Assembly (NCBI GenBank): GCA_964346725.1 | Contig: CAYFVM010000002.1 | Location: forward strand, 1,582 to 65,581 | Direction of reading: 5' to 3' | From: an uncultured Bacteroidales bacterium | GTDB lineage: Bacteria > Bacteroidota > Bacteroidia > Bacteroidales > UBA1715 | Length of the DNA stretch: 64,000 nucleotides | In this document: positions 50,236-58,064 of the stretch, in pieces | How positions within the stretch are numbered: the first letter of the stretch is position 1 | Layout of the letters: every line of letters starts with the position of its first letter | Notes under the pieces: model-generated | Told to the model about the DNA's origin: nothing | What the model saw: only the letters and a program-made list of their open reading frames with translations | Databases searched by the model: none | Program-made: the position numbers and the translations under genes

Positions 50236-51801
50236 ATGGCATTTCTTCAACCATATCAACTAAAACAAGTTACGGATAGACTGACTCAAGATGCTTCTAC
50301 TCTTGGACGGCTCTATAGTTCAAAAAAGAAAAATTATATGGAGTTAAGCATAGACCATAATTTGGTCGATGTTTATATTAAAGATGGGTGGGAAGTATTC
50401 ACAACATTGAAAACAAAAACAAAAATAAAAAAACGAAAATCTGTAGCTAAAGAGTTTGAAGATAATATATGGTGTCAATTATACGAAATAGGGTACAGAA
50501 ATTTGAATTTTGATGAAAATCTTCATTTGCCTTATGGTAAAGAAGATTATGAAAAAAAACAAATTGATGTGGTTGCTATAGATGGCGAAACTGCTATCCT
50601 CGTTGAATGTAAATCAGCAATTAATCCATCCTCTGCGCCTTCTTATAAAACTGAATTTGAAGGGTTATCTTTAAAACTTGATGGTTTCAAAAAAACAATA
50701 AATCAATTATATGGTTCAGAAATTAAAATCAAATACATATTTGCAACAAAGAATATTCTGCTAAGTGACAAAAGCGAAGATTACAAAAGGTTAATGGACA
50801 CCAATTCATTTCATTACGATGACAATGCTTTTAAGTATGTTGAAAATCTTATATTGAATTATAAATATGCCGTTAAATATCAATTCCTTGGTTTAATATT
50901 TAAAAATCAACTTATTAATAATACTAAAATTGAAATACCTGCAATAGAAGGAGATATGGGGAATAAAAAATATTATATGTTTTCCATTGAACCATCTCTT
51001 TTATTAAAAATTGGATATATCCTACATAAAACTAAGACAAATGCAGAATTGCCAAATTATCAAAGATTACTTGTTCCTTCAAGACTTGTATCAATAACTC
51101 AATATATTGATAAAGGAGGGTGTTTCCCAAATTCCTTAATTGTAAACTTTAACGAATCTAAGCACGAAGTTAACTTTGAAAGTGTTGCAAGAAAAGACGG
51201 GACTTCTTCAAGATATGGGACTTTAAAAATACCAAATGCTTATGCATTAGCATACATAATAGATGGTCAACATCGATTGTATGGTTACGCGGGCTCAAAA
51301 TACCTTAATACAAATACAGTGCCTGTAGTAGCTTTTAAAAATTTATCACCAGAAGAACAACTTCATATTTTTGTTGATATTAATGAAAATCAAAAAGCTG
51401 TAAAACCAAGTTTAAGAACAATGTTGAAAGAAGACCTTTTATGGAGTTCTACTAGAGTCGATAGTAGAATGTCAGCTCTTCGTTCTGCAATTATTCGAGA
51501 ATTATCAGAGAATTTGACTAGCCCTTTATATGCAAAAATTGAAATCGGTGCAGATCCAGCTCCTTTAAGTGCCGATTTTTTTGATAGAGGTATTTTGGCC
51601 TCTGGATTATTACCAAAAGCAAAAGGTAATACTTATATAGAAGATTCATTAGAAGGCTCGATATACAATACGAACAATCTAGATCATTCTAATGAAATGC
51701 AAAAAACAAAAAAGGAAATTGTTGAGCTTGTTTCTTTATGTTACTCATTGGTAATAAATAACTATTCTGAATATTTACAACAGGGAAAAATACTTCATTA
51801 A
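50236..51801 (+). CDS. DGQHR-domain (DndB/ParB-like) protein with N-terminal PD-(D/E)xK-like motif; 5' fragment of a larger frameshifted gene
   Basis: 521 aa. It has IDVVAIDGETAILVECKS (50566-50613); then NYQRLLVPSRL, FPNSLIV, AYIIDGQHRLYGY (DGQHR at 51262-51276) and FVDINENQKAV. Confidence 0.8.
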   Translation: MAFLQPYQLKQVTDRLTQDASTLGRLYSSKKKNYMELSIDHNLVDVYIKDGWEVFTTLKTKTKIKKRKSVAKEFEDNIWCQLYEIGYRNLNFDENLHLPYGKEDYEKKQIDVVAIDGETAILVECKSAINPSSAPSYKTEFEGLSLKLDGFKKTINQLYGSEIKIKYIFATKNILLSDKSEDYKRLMDTNSFHYDDNAFKYVENLILNYKYAVKYQFLGLIFKNQLINNTKIEIPAIEGDMGNKKYYMFSIEPSLLLKIGYILHKTKTNAELPNYQRLLVPSRLVSITQYIDKGGCFPNSLIVNFNESKHEVNFESVARKDGTSSRYGTLKIPNAYALAYIIDGQHRLYGYAGSKYLNTNTVPVVAFKNLSPEEQLHIFVDINENQKAVKPSLRTMLKEDLLWSSTRVDSRMSALRSAIIRELSENLTSPLYAKIEIGADPAPLSADFFDRGILASGLLPKAKGNTYIEDSLEGSIYNTNNLDHSNEMQKTKKEIVELVSLCYSLVINNYSEYLQQGKILH

Positions 51802-51947
51802 TTCTAATCGAGGAACTTATGCCTTTTTGTGTACAATTGGCAGTATAAACTGTTTTTTTAACCCAAAATGGTATTATAACAAAATCAACACCGTCAATTG
51901 AAAGATTTAATCATATTAAAAAATACTTAGTAGCTTTATTTGATAAT

Positions 51948-52577
51948 ATGAAAGTTCTAAAAGAGGAAGAGGGAGATAAAGTCCTAAAAATACAAGGAGA
52001 AGGAGCAGGAAAAAGTTGGGTGTGTTTCTTCCAAGAACTTATTAATAAAACATATAGTGAATTTAATCCAATTGAATTAATAGAATGGAAAGAAAAAAAC
52101 AATGAAGATATTCAAACTAAAGGAAGAAAATATGCGACAGAGATTGAAAAGAAAATAAAACAATTAGTATTAGAAGGGATCAAAGAAATATATGGTGATA
52201 ATTGGGATTTAGAAATAAGTGCTATTAAAAGAAAATGTATTGAACTAGCAGAAGCTGAAATTGAAAAACAAGATATCGAAACAAAAGAACGTATTGATAT
52301 ACCGTGGATCGATATGTTTACAATCATGGATTATAAAAAAATTATAACTGATAATTGGACAAAGCAGCCAACAAACAAAACAGACTTTATAACCTTTGAG
52401 AAATTATTCTCAATAAACATCGGTGAAGAATTTAATAGTAAAAGTGATAAAGTTAGATGGTTGTCAAAATTCAATTCATATAGAAATTTAATCGCTCACG
52501 AAGGGACAAAGGAAAAGGCAATCACACGTAAAGAAGTAGAATTTTTAGAAAATATTCATAACCATTTTTATAAGTAA
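51948..52577 (+). CDS. Swt1-like HEPN domain; 3' fragment of the same frameshifted gene (frame open from 51849)
   Basis: 209 aa. It has IYGDNWDLE, MDYKKIITDNW and FNSYRNLIAHEG, with Rx4H at 52482-52499. The upstream 147 nt are coding in a third frame that links it to the 50236 ORF. Confidence 0.7.
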   Translation: MKVLKEEEGDKVLKIQGEGAGKSWVCFFQELINKTYSEFNPIELIEWKEKNNEDIQTKGRKYATEIEKKIKQLVLEGIKEIYGDNWDLEISAIKRKCIELAEAEIEKQDIETKERIDIPWIDMFTIMDYKKIITDNWTKQPTNKTDFITFEKLFSINIGEEFNSKSDKVRWLSKFNSYRNLIAHEGTKEKAITRKEVEFLENIHNHFYK

Positions 52578-53453
52578 TTGAAAAGTTATTTCAAATCCGC
52601 AGATAAAGCCTTCACCTTATTGCAAGGCGATAGTATTGAACTTTTAAATCAGTTTGATTTTAAGTTTGATATGATTTTTGCTGACCCACCATATTTCTTG
52701 TCAAACGGTGGCATTTCTGTGCAAAGTGGCAAGATGGTTAGCGTAAACAAAGGAGATTGGGACAAGTCGCAAGGATTTGAAAAGGATAACGAATTTAATT
52801 ATAACTGGCTAAAAGCCTGTAAAGACCATTTAACCGACAACGGCACTATATGGGTAAGCGGAACATTTCATAATATATTCTCTGTTGCGCAAATGCTTAC
52901 CGAACTCGATTATAAAATACTTAATTGCATTACCTGGGCAAAAACAAACCCTCCGCCAAATCTTTCGTGTCGCTATTTTACTCATTCTACTGAGTTTATC
53001 ATTTGGGCACGCAAGAGCAAAAAAGCCTCGCACTATTACAATTATGAGTTAATGAAGTCCATTAATGGCGGTACTCAAATGAAAGATGTTTGGCATTTGC
53101 CTGCCATAGCTCCTTGGGAAAAATCGTGTGGAAAACACCCTACCCAAAAACCTTTGGCATTGCTCACACGTATTATAATTGCATCTACTCAAAAAAATGC
53201 GTGGATTCTTGACCCATTCACCGGTAGCTCTACTACCGGTATTGCCGCAAATCTTGCTAATAGAAAATTTCTTGGTATCGACAAAGAAGAAGCATTTCTG
53301 AACATATCAAAAAATAGAAAACTCGAAATTGAGAATCCTCAAATAGTTGCTGAGTATAGAAAAAAACTTCGCGGTTTCGAAACCAATACGCAATTGCAAT
53401 TATTTTTAGCAGAAGAACCCGAAGTTGAATATCAAAGAACGCTCAAGTTCTAA
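52578..53453 (+). CDS. N6_N4-type (beta class) adenine DNA methyltransferase, DpnA/M.MboIB-like, predicted GATC
   Basis: 291 aa. It has MIFADPPYFLSNGG, KGDWDK, ITWAKTNPPPNLSCRYFTHSTEFIIWARK, GKHPTQKP and ILDPFTGSSTTG, very similar to my recollection of DpnA. A TTG start directly abuts the upstream stop. Confidence 0.88.
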   Translation: MKSYFKSADKAFTLLQGDSIELLNQFDFKFDMIFADPPYFLSNGGISVQSGKMVSVNKGDWDKSQGFEKDNEFNYNWLKACKDHLTDNGTIWVSGTFHNIFSVAQMLTELDYKILNCITWAKTNPPPNLSCRYFTHSTEFIIWARKSKKASHYYNYELMKSINGGTQMKDVWHLPAIAPWEKSCGKHPTQKPLALLTRIIIASTQKNAWILDPFTGSSTTGIAANLANRKFLGIDKEEAFLNISKNRKLEIENPQIVAEYRKKLRGFETNTQLQLFLAEEPEVEYQRTLKF

Positions 53454-53482
53454 AACAGACCTACTAACTCACCCTACGCCCC

Positions 53483-53911
53483 ATGAGAATCTGGTCTATC
53501 CATCCAAAATATCTTGATGCCAAAGGCCTTGTGGCACTTTGGAGAGAAACACTCCTTGCTAAACACGTGTTAGAGGGAAAAACCAAAGGATATATCCACC
53601 ATCCGCAACTTACTCGGTTTTGCACCGCGCCAAACCCCTTGGCTGCTATCAACCAATATCTGTCGGTGGTTTATCAAGAGGCAGTTGCGAGAGGCTATCA
53701 CTTCGATGCCTCCAAAATAGAGCCGACCAGTGCGCCCACACACATTACCGTCACTCAAGGGCAGGTGGACTACGAATTCCATCATCTTCTTAGAAAACTA
53801 CAAGTCAGAGACCCTCAACTGTATCAAACAGTAGCAGACGTGCGTCAATGTCAAGCGCACCCGCTATTTCAAGTAGTAGAAGGGGGAGTAGAAGCGTGGG
53901 AGAAGCAATAA
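53483..53911 (+). CDS. Pyrimidine-dimer DNA glycosylase / endonuclease V-like protein (Pyr_excise family)
   Basis: 142 aa. The N-terminus is MRIWSIHPKYLDAKGLVALWRETLLAKHVLEGKTKGYIHHPQLTRF, the hallmark of this family as I recall it. Confidence 0.7.
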   Translation: MRIWSIHPKYLDAKGLVALWRETLLAKHVLEGKTKGYIHHPQLTRFCTAPNPLAAINQYLSVVYQEAVARGYHFDASKIEPTSAPTHITVTQGQVDYEFHHLLRKLQVRDPQLYQTVADVRQCQAHPLFQVVEGGVEAWEKQ

Positions 53912-54157
53912 CGCTCGCATTTCCCCACTTGTTCTCATTCGTTGTGCCGTTTGGCAATTAGGCACAGCCATTTTCCTTCTTTCCCCTTCATAGTGTCACC
54001 AATTGAGGTACAAATTTTTTGTTCCAAAGCATTGGCATGTTCGCTGCAAATTATTTTCACTCTTAACAATCCACAATTCTTACTCTATACATTGTGCCAC
54101 CGCATGAACGCTTGTTTTCAGGGCATTCCGGGTGTTGGTATCTCGAAAGTTATCAAC

Positions 54158-54204
54158 AAAGTGGCAGAAAGTGGTAAAAAATGTAAGAAAGTGGAAAAAA
54201 TGTG
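54158..54204 (+). promoter_or_regulatory. MraZ-box array (10-bp phased AAAGTGG direct repeats)
   Basis: AAAGTGG occurs at 54158, 54168 and 54188. Degenerate AAAATGT units occur at 54178 and 54197. The array lies 37-83 nt upstream of the mraZ ATG. Confidence 0.65.
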
Positions 54205-54240
54205 TTTACTTTTACCTACGAATTATTGTGTTAAAAACCG

Positions 54241-54711
54241 ATGGTGAATTTTGTAGGTGAACATACAGGTAAAATAGATGTGAAAGGGCGTGTGCCGCTA
54301 CCTTCTCAGCTCAAACGACAAATGGGTGGGTCTGAAGAATTGGTGCGTTTTGTGCTCAAAAAGAGCATTTACAAGCCATGTCTTGAACTCCATCCTATGG
54401 AATCATGGCAAACAATGATGGCGCAGTTGTCTAAAAAATTGAATCCGATTTTCAACAAAAAGCACAATGCGTTTCTTACTGAGTTTAGCAAAGGCACAAT
54501 AGAGCTGACGCTCGATTCTATGAATCGTTTGCTCGTTCCTAAAAATCTAATGGATTTTGCAGGCTTGTCAAAAGATGTGGTTTTCCTTGGTGTTGAAGGA
54601 ATTGTTGAGGTGTGGGATAAATCTCGTTACGAAGCAAGCAAAATGCCACAAGATGATTTCGAACAATTGGCAGGCGAAATTTTTGGTGACGATTTTAATT
54701 TGTATGAGTAA
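54241..54711 (+). CDS. mraZ: Transcriptional regulator MraZ
   Basis: 156 aa. It has FVGEHTGKIDVKGRVPLPSQL and a second SpoVT/AbrB-like repeat LDSMNRLLVPKNL. It is the first gene of the dcw cluster. Confidence 0.93.
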   Translation: MVNFVGEHTGKIDVKGRVPLPSQLKRQMGGSEELVRFVLKKSIYKPCLELHPMESWQTMMAQLSKKLNPIFNKKHNAFLTEFSKGTIELTLDSMNRLLVPKNLMDFAGLSKDVVFLGVEGIVEVWDKSRYEASKMPQDDFEQLAGEIFGDDFNLYE

Positions 54712-54717
54712 AAATAT

Positions 54718-55617
54718 ATGACGTATCATGTTCCTGTCCTCTTGCATGAATCGGTAGAGGGTTTGAATATTAATTCGAAAGGAGTTTATATTGACGCCAC
54801 ATTTGGTGGCGGGGGACATTCAACCGCAATACTCAAACAATTAAATGGCGGACATTTGTTCGGTTTCGACCAAGATGACGATGCTCGCAAAAACGCATTA
54901 CAATCCGAACAATTTACGTTTGTGTACCACAATTTTGCATACGTAAAAAATTTCATGCAATACTATGGTATACTGCAAGTTGACGGAATTTTGGCTGACT
55001 TGGGCGTTTCATCGCATCACTTTGACGATGCAGAACGTGGTTTTTCGTTCCGCTTTGATGGTCCGCTCGATATGCGCATGGATCGCTCGGTGAAAAAGTC
55101 GGCTGCGAATGTGGTAAATGAATATGACGAACTTTCGTTGACCGCAGTGTTTAAGAATTACGGCGAAATAGTGAATGCTCGTCGTTTGGCACAAGAAATT
55201 ATAGCTCGTCGCAAAGAAGCGCCAATAGTAACCACCGGCGACCTAAAGCAAATAGGAACCAAGTTTTGCAATCCGCAAACCGAGAGCAAATACTTGTCGC
55301 AGATATTTCAGGCATTGCGCATAGAGGTAAACCACGAAATGCAAGCGCTGAAAGATTTTTTGGAAGGTGGTTTGCAAATCTTGCGTCCCGGTGGACGATT
55401 TGTGGTTATTACCTATCATTCGTTGGAAGACAGAATGGTGAAGAATTTTTTTAAGTCGGGAAATATAAACGGCGATGTGGAACAAGACTTCTTCGGAAAC
55501 GTAAAAACACCATTTACACTCATTTCCAAGAAAGTAATAGTTCCCGGCGCTGAAGAATTAGAAAGAAACAATAGAGCACGTAGTGCAAAATTGAGAATAG
55601 TTGAAAAAAATGGCTAG
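54718..55617 (+). CDS. rsmH: 16S rRNA (cytosine1402-N4)-methyltransferase
   Basis: 299 aa. It has HVPVLLHESVEGL, DATFGGGGHS, DLGVSSHHFD and SLEDRMVKNFF. Confidence 0.95.
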   Translation: MTYHVPVLLHESVEGLNINSKGVYIDATFGGGGHSTAILKQLNGGHLFGFDQDDDARKNALQSEQFTFVYHNFAYVKNFMQYYGILQVDGILADLGVSSHHFDDAERGFSFRFDGPLDMRMDRSVKKSAANVVNEYDELSLTAVFKNYGEIVNARRLAQEIIARRKEAPIVTTGDLKQIGTKFCNPQTESKYLSQIFQALRIEVNHEMQALKDFLEGGLQILRPGGRFVVITYHSLEDRMVKNFFKSGNINGDVEQDFFGNVKTPFTLISKKVIVPGAEELERNNRARSAKLRIVEKNG

Positions 55618-55957
55618 TCAAGACAAGAACACGAAATTGAATTTCAAAGACATCCTTAACGGAGAGATTTTGAAGGCTGAGTTCCTCAAAAATCATCTTC
55701 CCGTGATTGGTGTCATTTTGTTCTTGGTGGTTGTGTACATTGCCAATGGATACCACGTGTATTACATTGAGCAACAGAACAAACGATTAGATAAAGAAAT
55801 AAAAGAGGTGCGTGCCGAATACGTTTCAACGCAAAAGGTGCTCATCAACAAAATGAAGTATATCAATATTCAATATCAAATTGAACAACGCAATTTGGGA
55901 TTGAAAGAATTACGTGAACCCGCTTATACAATATCGTCATATGAAAACGGAAACTGA
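55610..55957 (+). CDS. ftsL: FtsL-like cell division membrane protein
   Basis: About 115 aa. It has a single TM helix (LPVIGVILFLVVVYIANGY) followed by a coiled coil, and lies between rsmH and ftsI. I preferred the ATG at 55610 over the TTG at 55601. Confidence 0.7.
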   Translation: MASQDKNTKLNFKDILNGEILKAEFLKNHLPVIGVILFLVVVYIANGYHVYYIEQQNKRLDKEIKEVRAEYVSTQKVLINKMKYINIQYQIEQRNLGLKELREPAYTISSYENGN

Positions 55958-58064
55958 AATATTGAAAAATATTCGCTGGCGCTTTATAGCGGTTCCCATT
56001 ATGTTCATCATTTTCGGAGTGATGATATTATGGAAAGTAGTTGAAATACAAGTAAACGAAAGTGAAGAATTGATAGGCGAACAAAAAAATAGAGCTAAAG
56101 CCAAAGTGGTGCAACCGCGCCGTGGCGACATACTTGACCGCAAAGGTCGTGTATTGGCTTGTTCTGTGCCTGAATACACCATCTATTTCGATGCACGTAT
56201 CGCGTTTTTCAAGAAAAAAGGCAACTTAGACTTAATAGACCAAAACATTGATTCCATTGCCGATGGTTTGGCGCGCATTTTCCCTGATGAAAGTCGTCAG
56301 AATTTTTACAACCTCATACGTAAGGCAAAAAAAGAGAAAAAGATTGTAAAACTCTATAAGAATCCAATCGATTACAATCAGTTGCAGGCGGTGAAAAAAC
56401 TTCCATTGCTTCGCGAAGGTGCTTATAGAGGCGGACTCACCGTTTCGGTCGAAAACAATAGAGTCTATCCCTATGGCGGTATGGCTACACGTACCATCGG
56501 TTTCTTGCGCAAAGGCGAATTCCATGGAAAAACCGGATTGGAAAAAGCCTACGATGCTGAATTGTACGGAAAAGTTTGTGAGGATATTGAGGCTGTTGAA
56601 ATGGGTAATGAAGTAGGCAACATTGATGGCTACGATTTGGTCACAACCATTGATGCAGATATTCAAACTATTACGCACGAAGAACTTACCAAAGCACTTA
56701 AAGCCTACGATGCAGAGTGGGGCTGTGCTGTTGTAATGGATGTAAAAACGGGCGATATTTTGTCTATCTCAAATCTATCGCGCAACGATGACACTACCGA
56801 CAATAATTTCTATGAAAACTGGAATTATGCCGTTTCAAACGTATGCGATCCGGGTTCTACCATAAAACTTCCATCGTTAATGGTGGCTTTTGAAGATAAA
56901 TACATCAATCTTGATGACACTATCAATACCGGCAATGGCCAAGTTACGTATGCAAATGGTCAACTTACCGTAACCGACTGGAATCACAAAACACATGGTG
57001 GTTTCCAAAAATTGTCAGTCATCGATGTGTTTGCAAACTCATCAAACGTGGGAGTGAGCAAAATCATCGACAAATATTATGTGAAAGAACACCGCGAGTG
57101 GGATTTCATTGATAGAATTAAAGCAATGAATTTAGACCAACCTTCGGGAATTGATTTGGTTGGCGAACAACATCCACGAATTAAAGACCCGAGCATGACC
57201 GAAGGTGCTGAACGTTGGTCAGGAACTACCCTGTTGCAGATGTCGTATGGCTACGAAATAGAATTGACTCCATTGCAAATACTCACATTTTACAATGCGG
57301 TAGCAAACAATGGTAAAATGATGCGCCCACATTTGATGAAAGAAATCAGAAGCGATTCGAAAGTAATCAAGACTTTCAAACCACAGTCGGTGCGTGGCTC
57401 TATTTGCAAAAAAGAAACGTTGGAAAAAGCGCATAAAATAATGGAAGCGGTAGTAGAACATGGTACTGCAAAGAATTTTGCCAGTTCGTATTACAAAATT
57501 GCCGGAAAAACAGGAACAGCGCAAACTTTCGAACGTGGTTCATACAACAAAAGCAAGTTGCGTGGTTCGTTCTGCGGATATTTCCCTGCCGACAATCCAA
57601 AATATTCATGTATCGTAGTAATTCAGTCAAAAACTACCGAAAACTATAGTGCCGTTGGTGCGTTCAAAAACATTTCCGATCGCATTTATTTCATGGATTA
57701 TGACTTGCGCAACGAAATGTCGTCAGATACGGCATCAAGAGAAACAATGCCATCAATGACGAATGGCTTTGCAAGTGATTACGATGTGTTGTACAAAAAT
57801 TTATCTATTCCGGTTCTTACTAAGAATAGTGCAACATGGGTAAAAACTAATACAGAAAATAAAAAAGTAACGAAAACAGCATTGCGTTTCCAAAAAGACG
57901 TGGTTCCAAACTTTGAACGCATGGGTATGCGCGATGCATTGTTTTTGGCGGATAGTCTTGGTATTAAAGTAAAATGTGACGGCTATGGCCGAATTTGTCG
58001 CCAGTCGCTCAAACCCGGCTCGCCATATTATCCCGGAGATGTAATTGTTTTGACGTTAAACTGA
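55941..58064 (+). CDS. ftsI: Penicillin-binding protein (FtsI/PBP3-type transpeptidase)
   Basis: It has an N-terminal TM, a PBP dimer domain (RRGDILDRKG), the active-site serine motif (DPGSTIK), and KTGTA. The start is either ATG 55941 or GTG 55914. Confidence 0.9.
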   Translation: MKTETEILKNIRWRFIAVPIMFIIFGVMILWKVVEIQVNESEELIGEQKNRAKAKVVQPRRGDILDRKGRVLACSVPEYTIYFDARIAFFKKKGNLDLIDQNIDSIADGLARIFPDESRQNFYNLIRKAKKEKKIVKLYKNPIDYNQLQAVKKLPLLREGAYRGGLTVSVENNRVYPYGGMATRTIGFLRKGEFHGKTGLEKAYDAELYGKVCEDIEAVEMGNEVGNIDGYDLVTTIDADIQTITHEELTKALKAYDAEWGCAVVMDVKTGDILSISNLSRNDDTTDNNFYENWNYAVSNVCDPGSTIKLPSLMVAFEDKYINLDDTINTGNGQVTYANGQLTVTDWNHKTHGGFQKLSVIDVFANSSNVGVSKIIDKYYVKEHREWDFIDRIKAMNLDQPSGIDLVGEQHPRIKDPSMTEGAERWSGTTLLQMSYGYEIELTPLQILTFYNAVANNGKMMRPHLMKEIRSDSKVIKTFKPQSVRGSICKKETLEKAHKIMEAVVEHGTAKNFASSYYKIAGKTGTAQTFERGSYNKSKLRGSFCGYFPADNPKYSCIVVIQSKTTENYSAVGAFKNISDRIYFMDYDLRNEMSSDTASRETMPSMTNGFASDYDVLYKNLSIPVLTKNSATWVKTNTENKKVTKTALRFQKDVVPNFERMGMRDALFLADSLGIKVKCDGYGRICRQSLKPGSPYYPGDVIVLTLN

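Larger units (their letters stand above)
46527..53940. other. Accessory (defence-type) island between the SIMPL gene and the dcw cluster
   Basis: Its contents are a TA pair, a GT2, two methylases, two degraded nuclease genes and an endoV-like gene. Hand counts on single 60-nt lines gave 22% G+C (line 50701) and 35% (line 50341), versus about 48% at line 53641. No integrase was seen. Confidence 0.55.

Noticed and set aside
54005-54022. GAGGTACAAATTTTTTG might be a third, half-deleted copy of the island-flanking hairpin repeat (GGTACAA...TTTTTT). If so, it would mark the right island boundary.
   Set aside because: Only a 7-mer plus a T-run match, and the 3' arm and loop are missing. This is too short to distinguish from chance in AT-rich DNA.
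53942-54247. A 101-aa TTG-initiated ORF fills the region upstream of mraZ.
   Set aside because: It covers the MraZ-box array and the promoter region, its composition is odd, and it has no homologue I recognise. The region is better explained as the long regulatory leader typical of dcw clusters.
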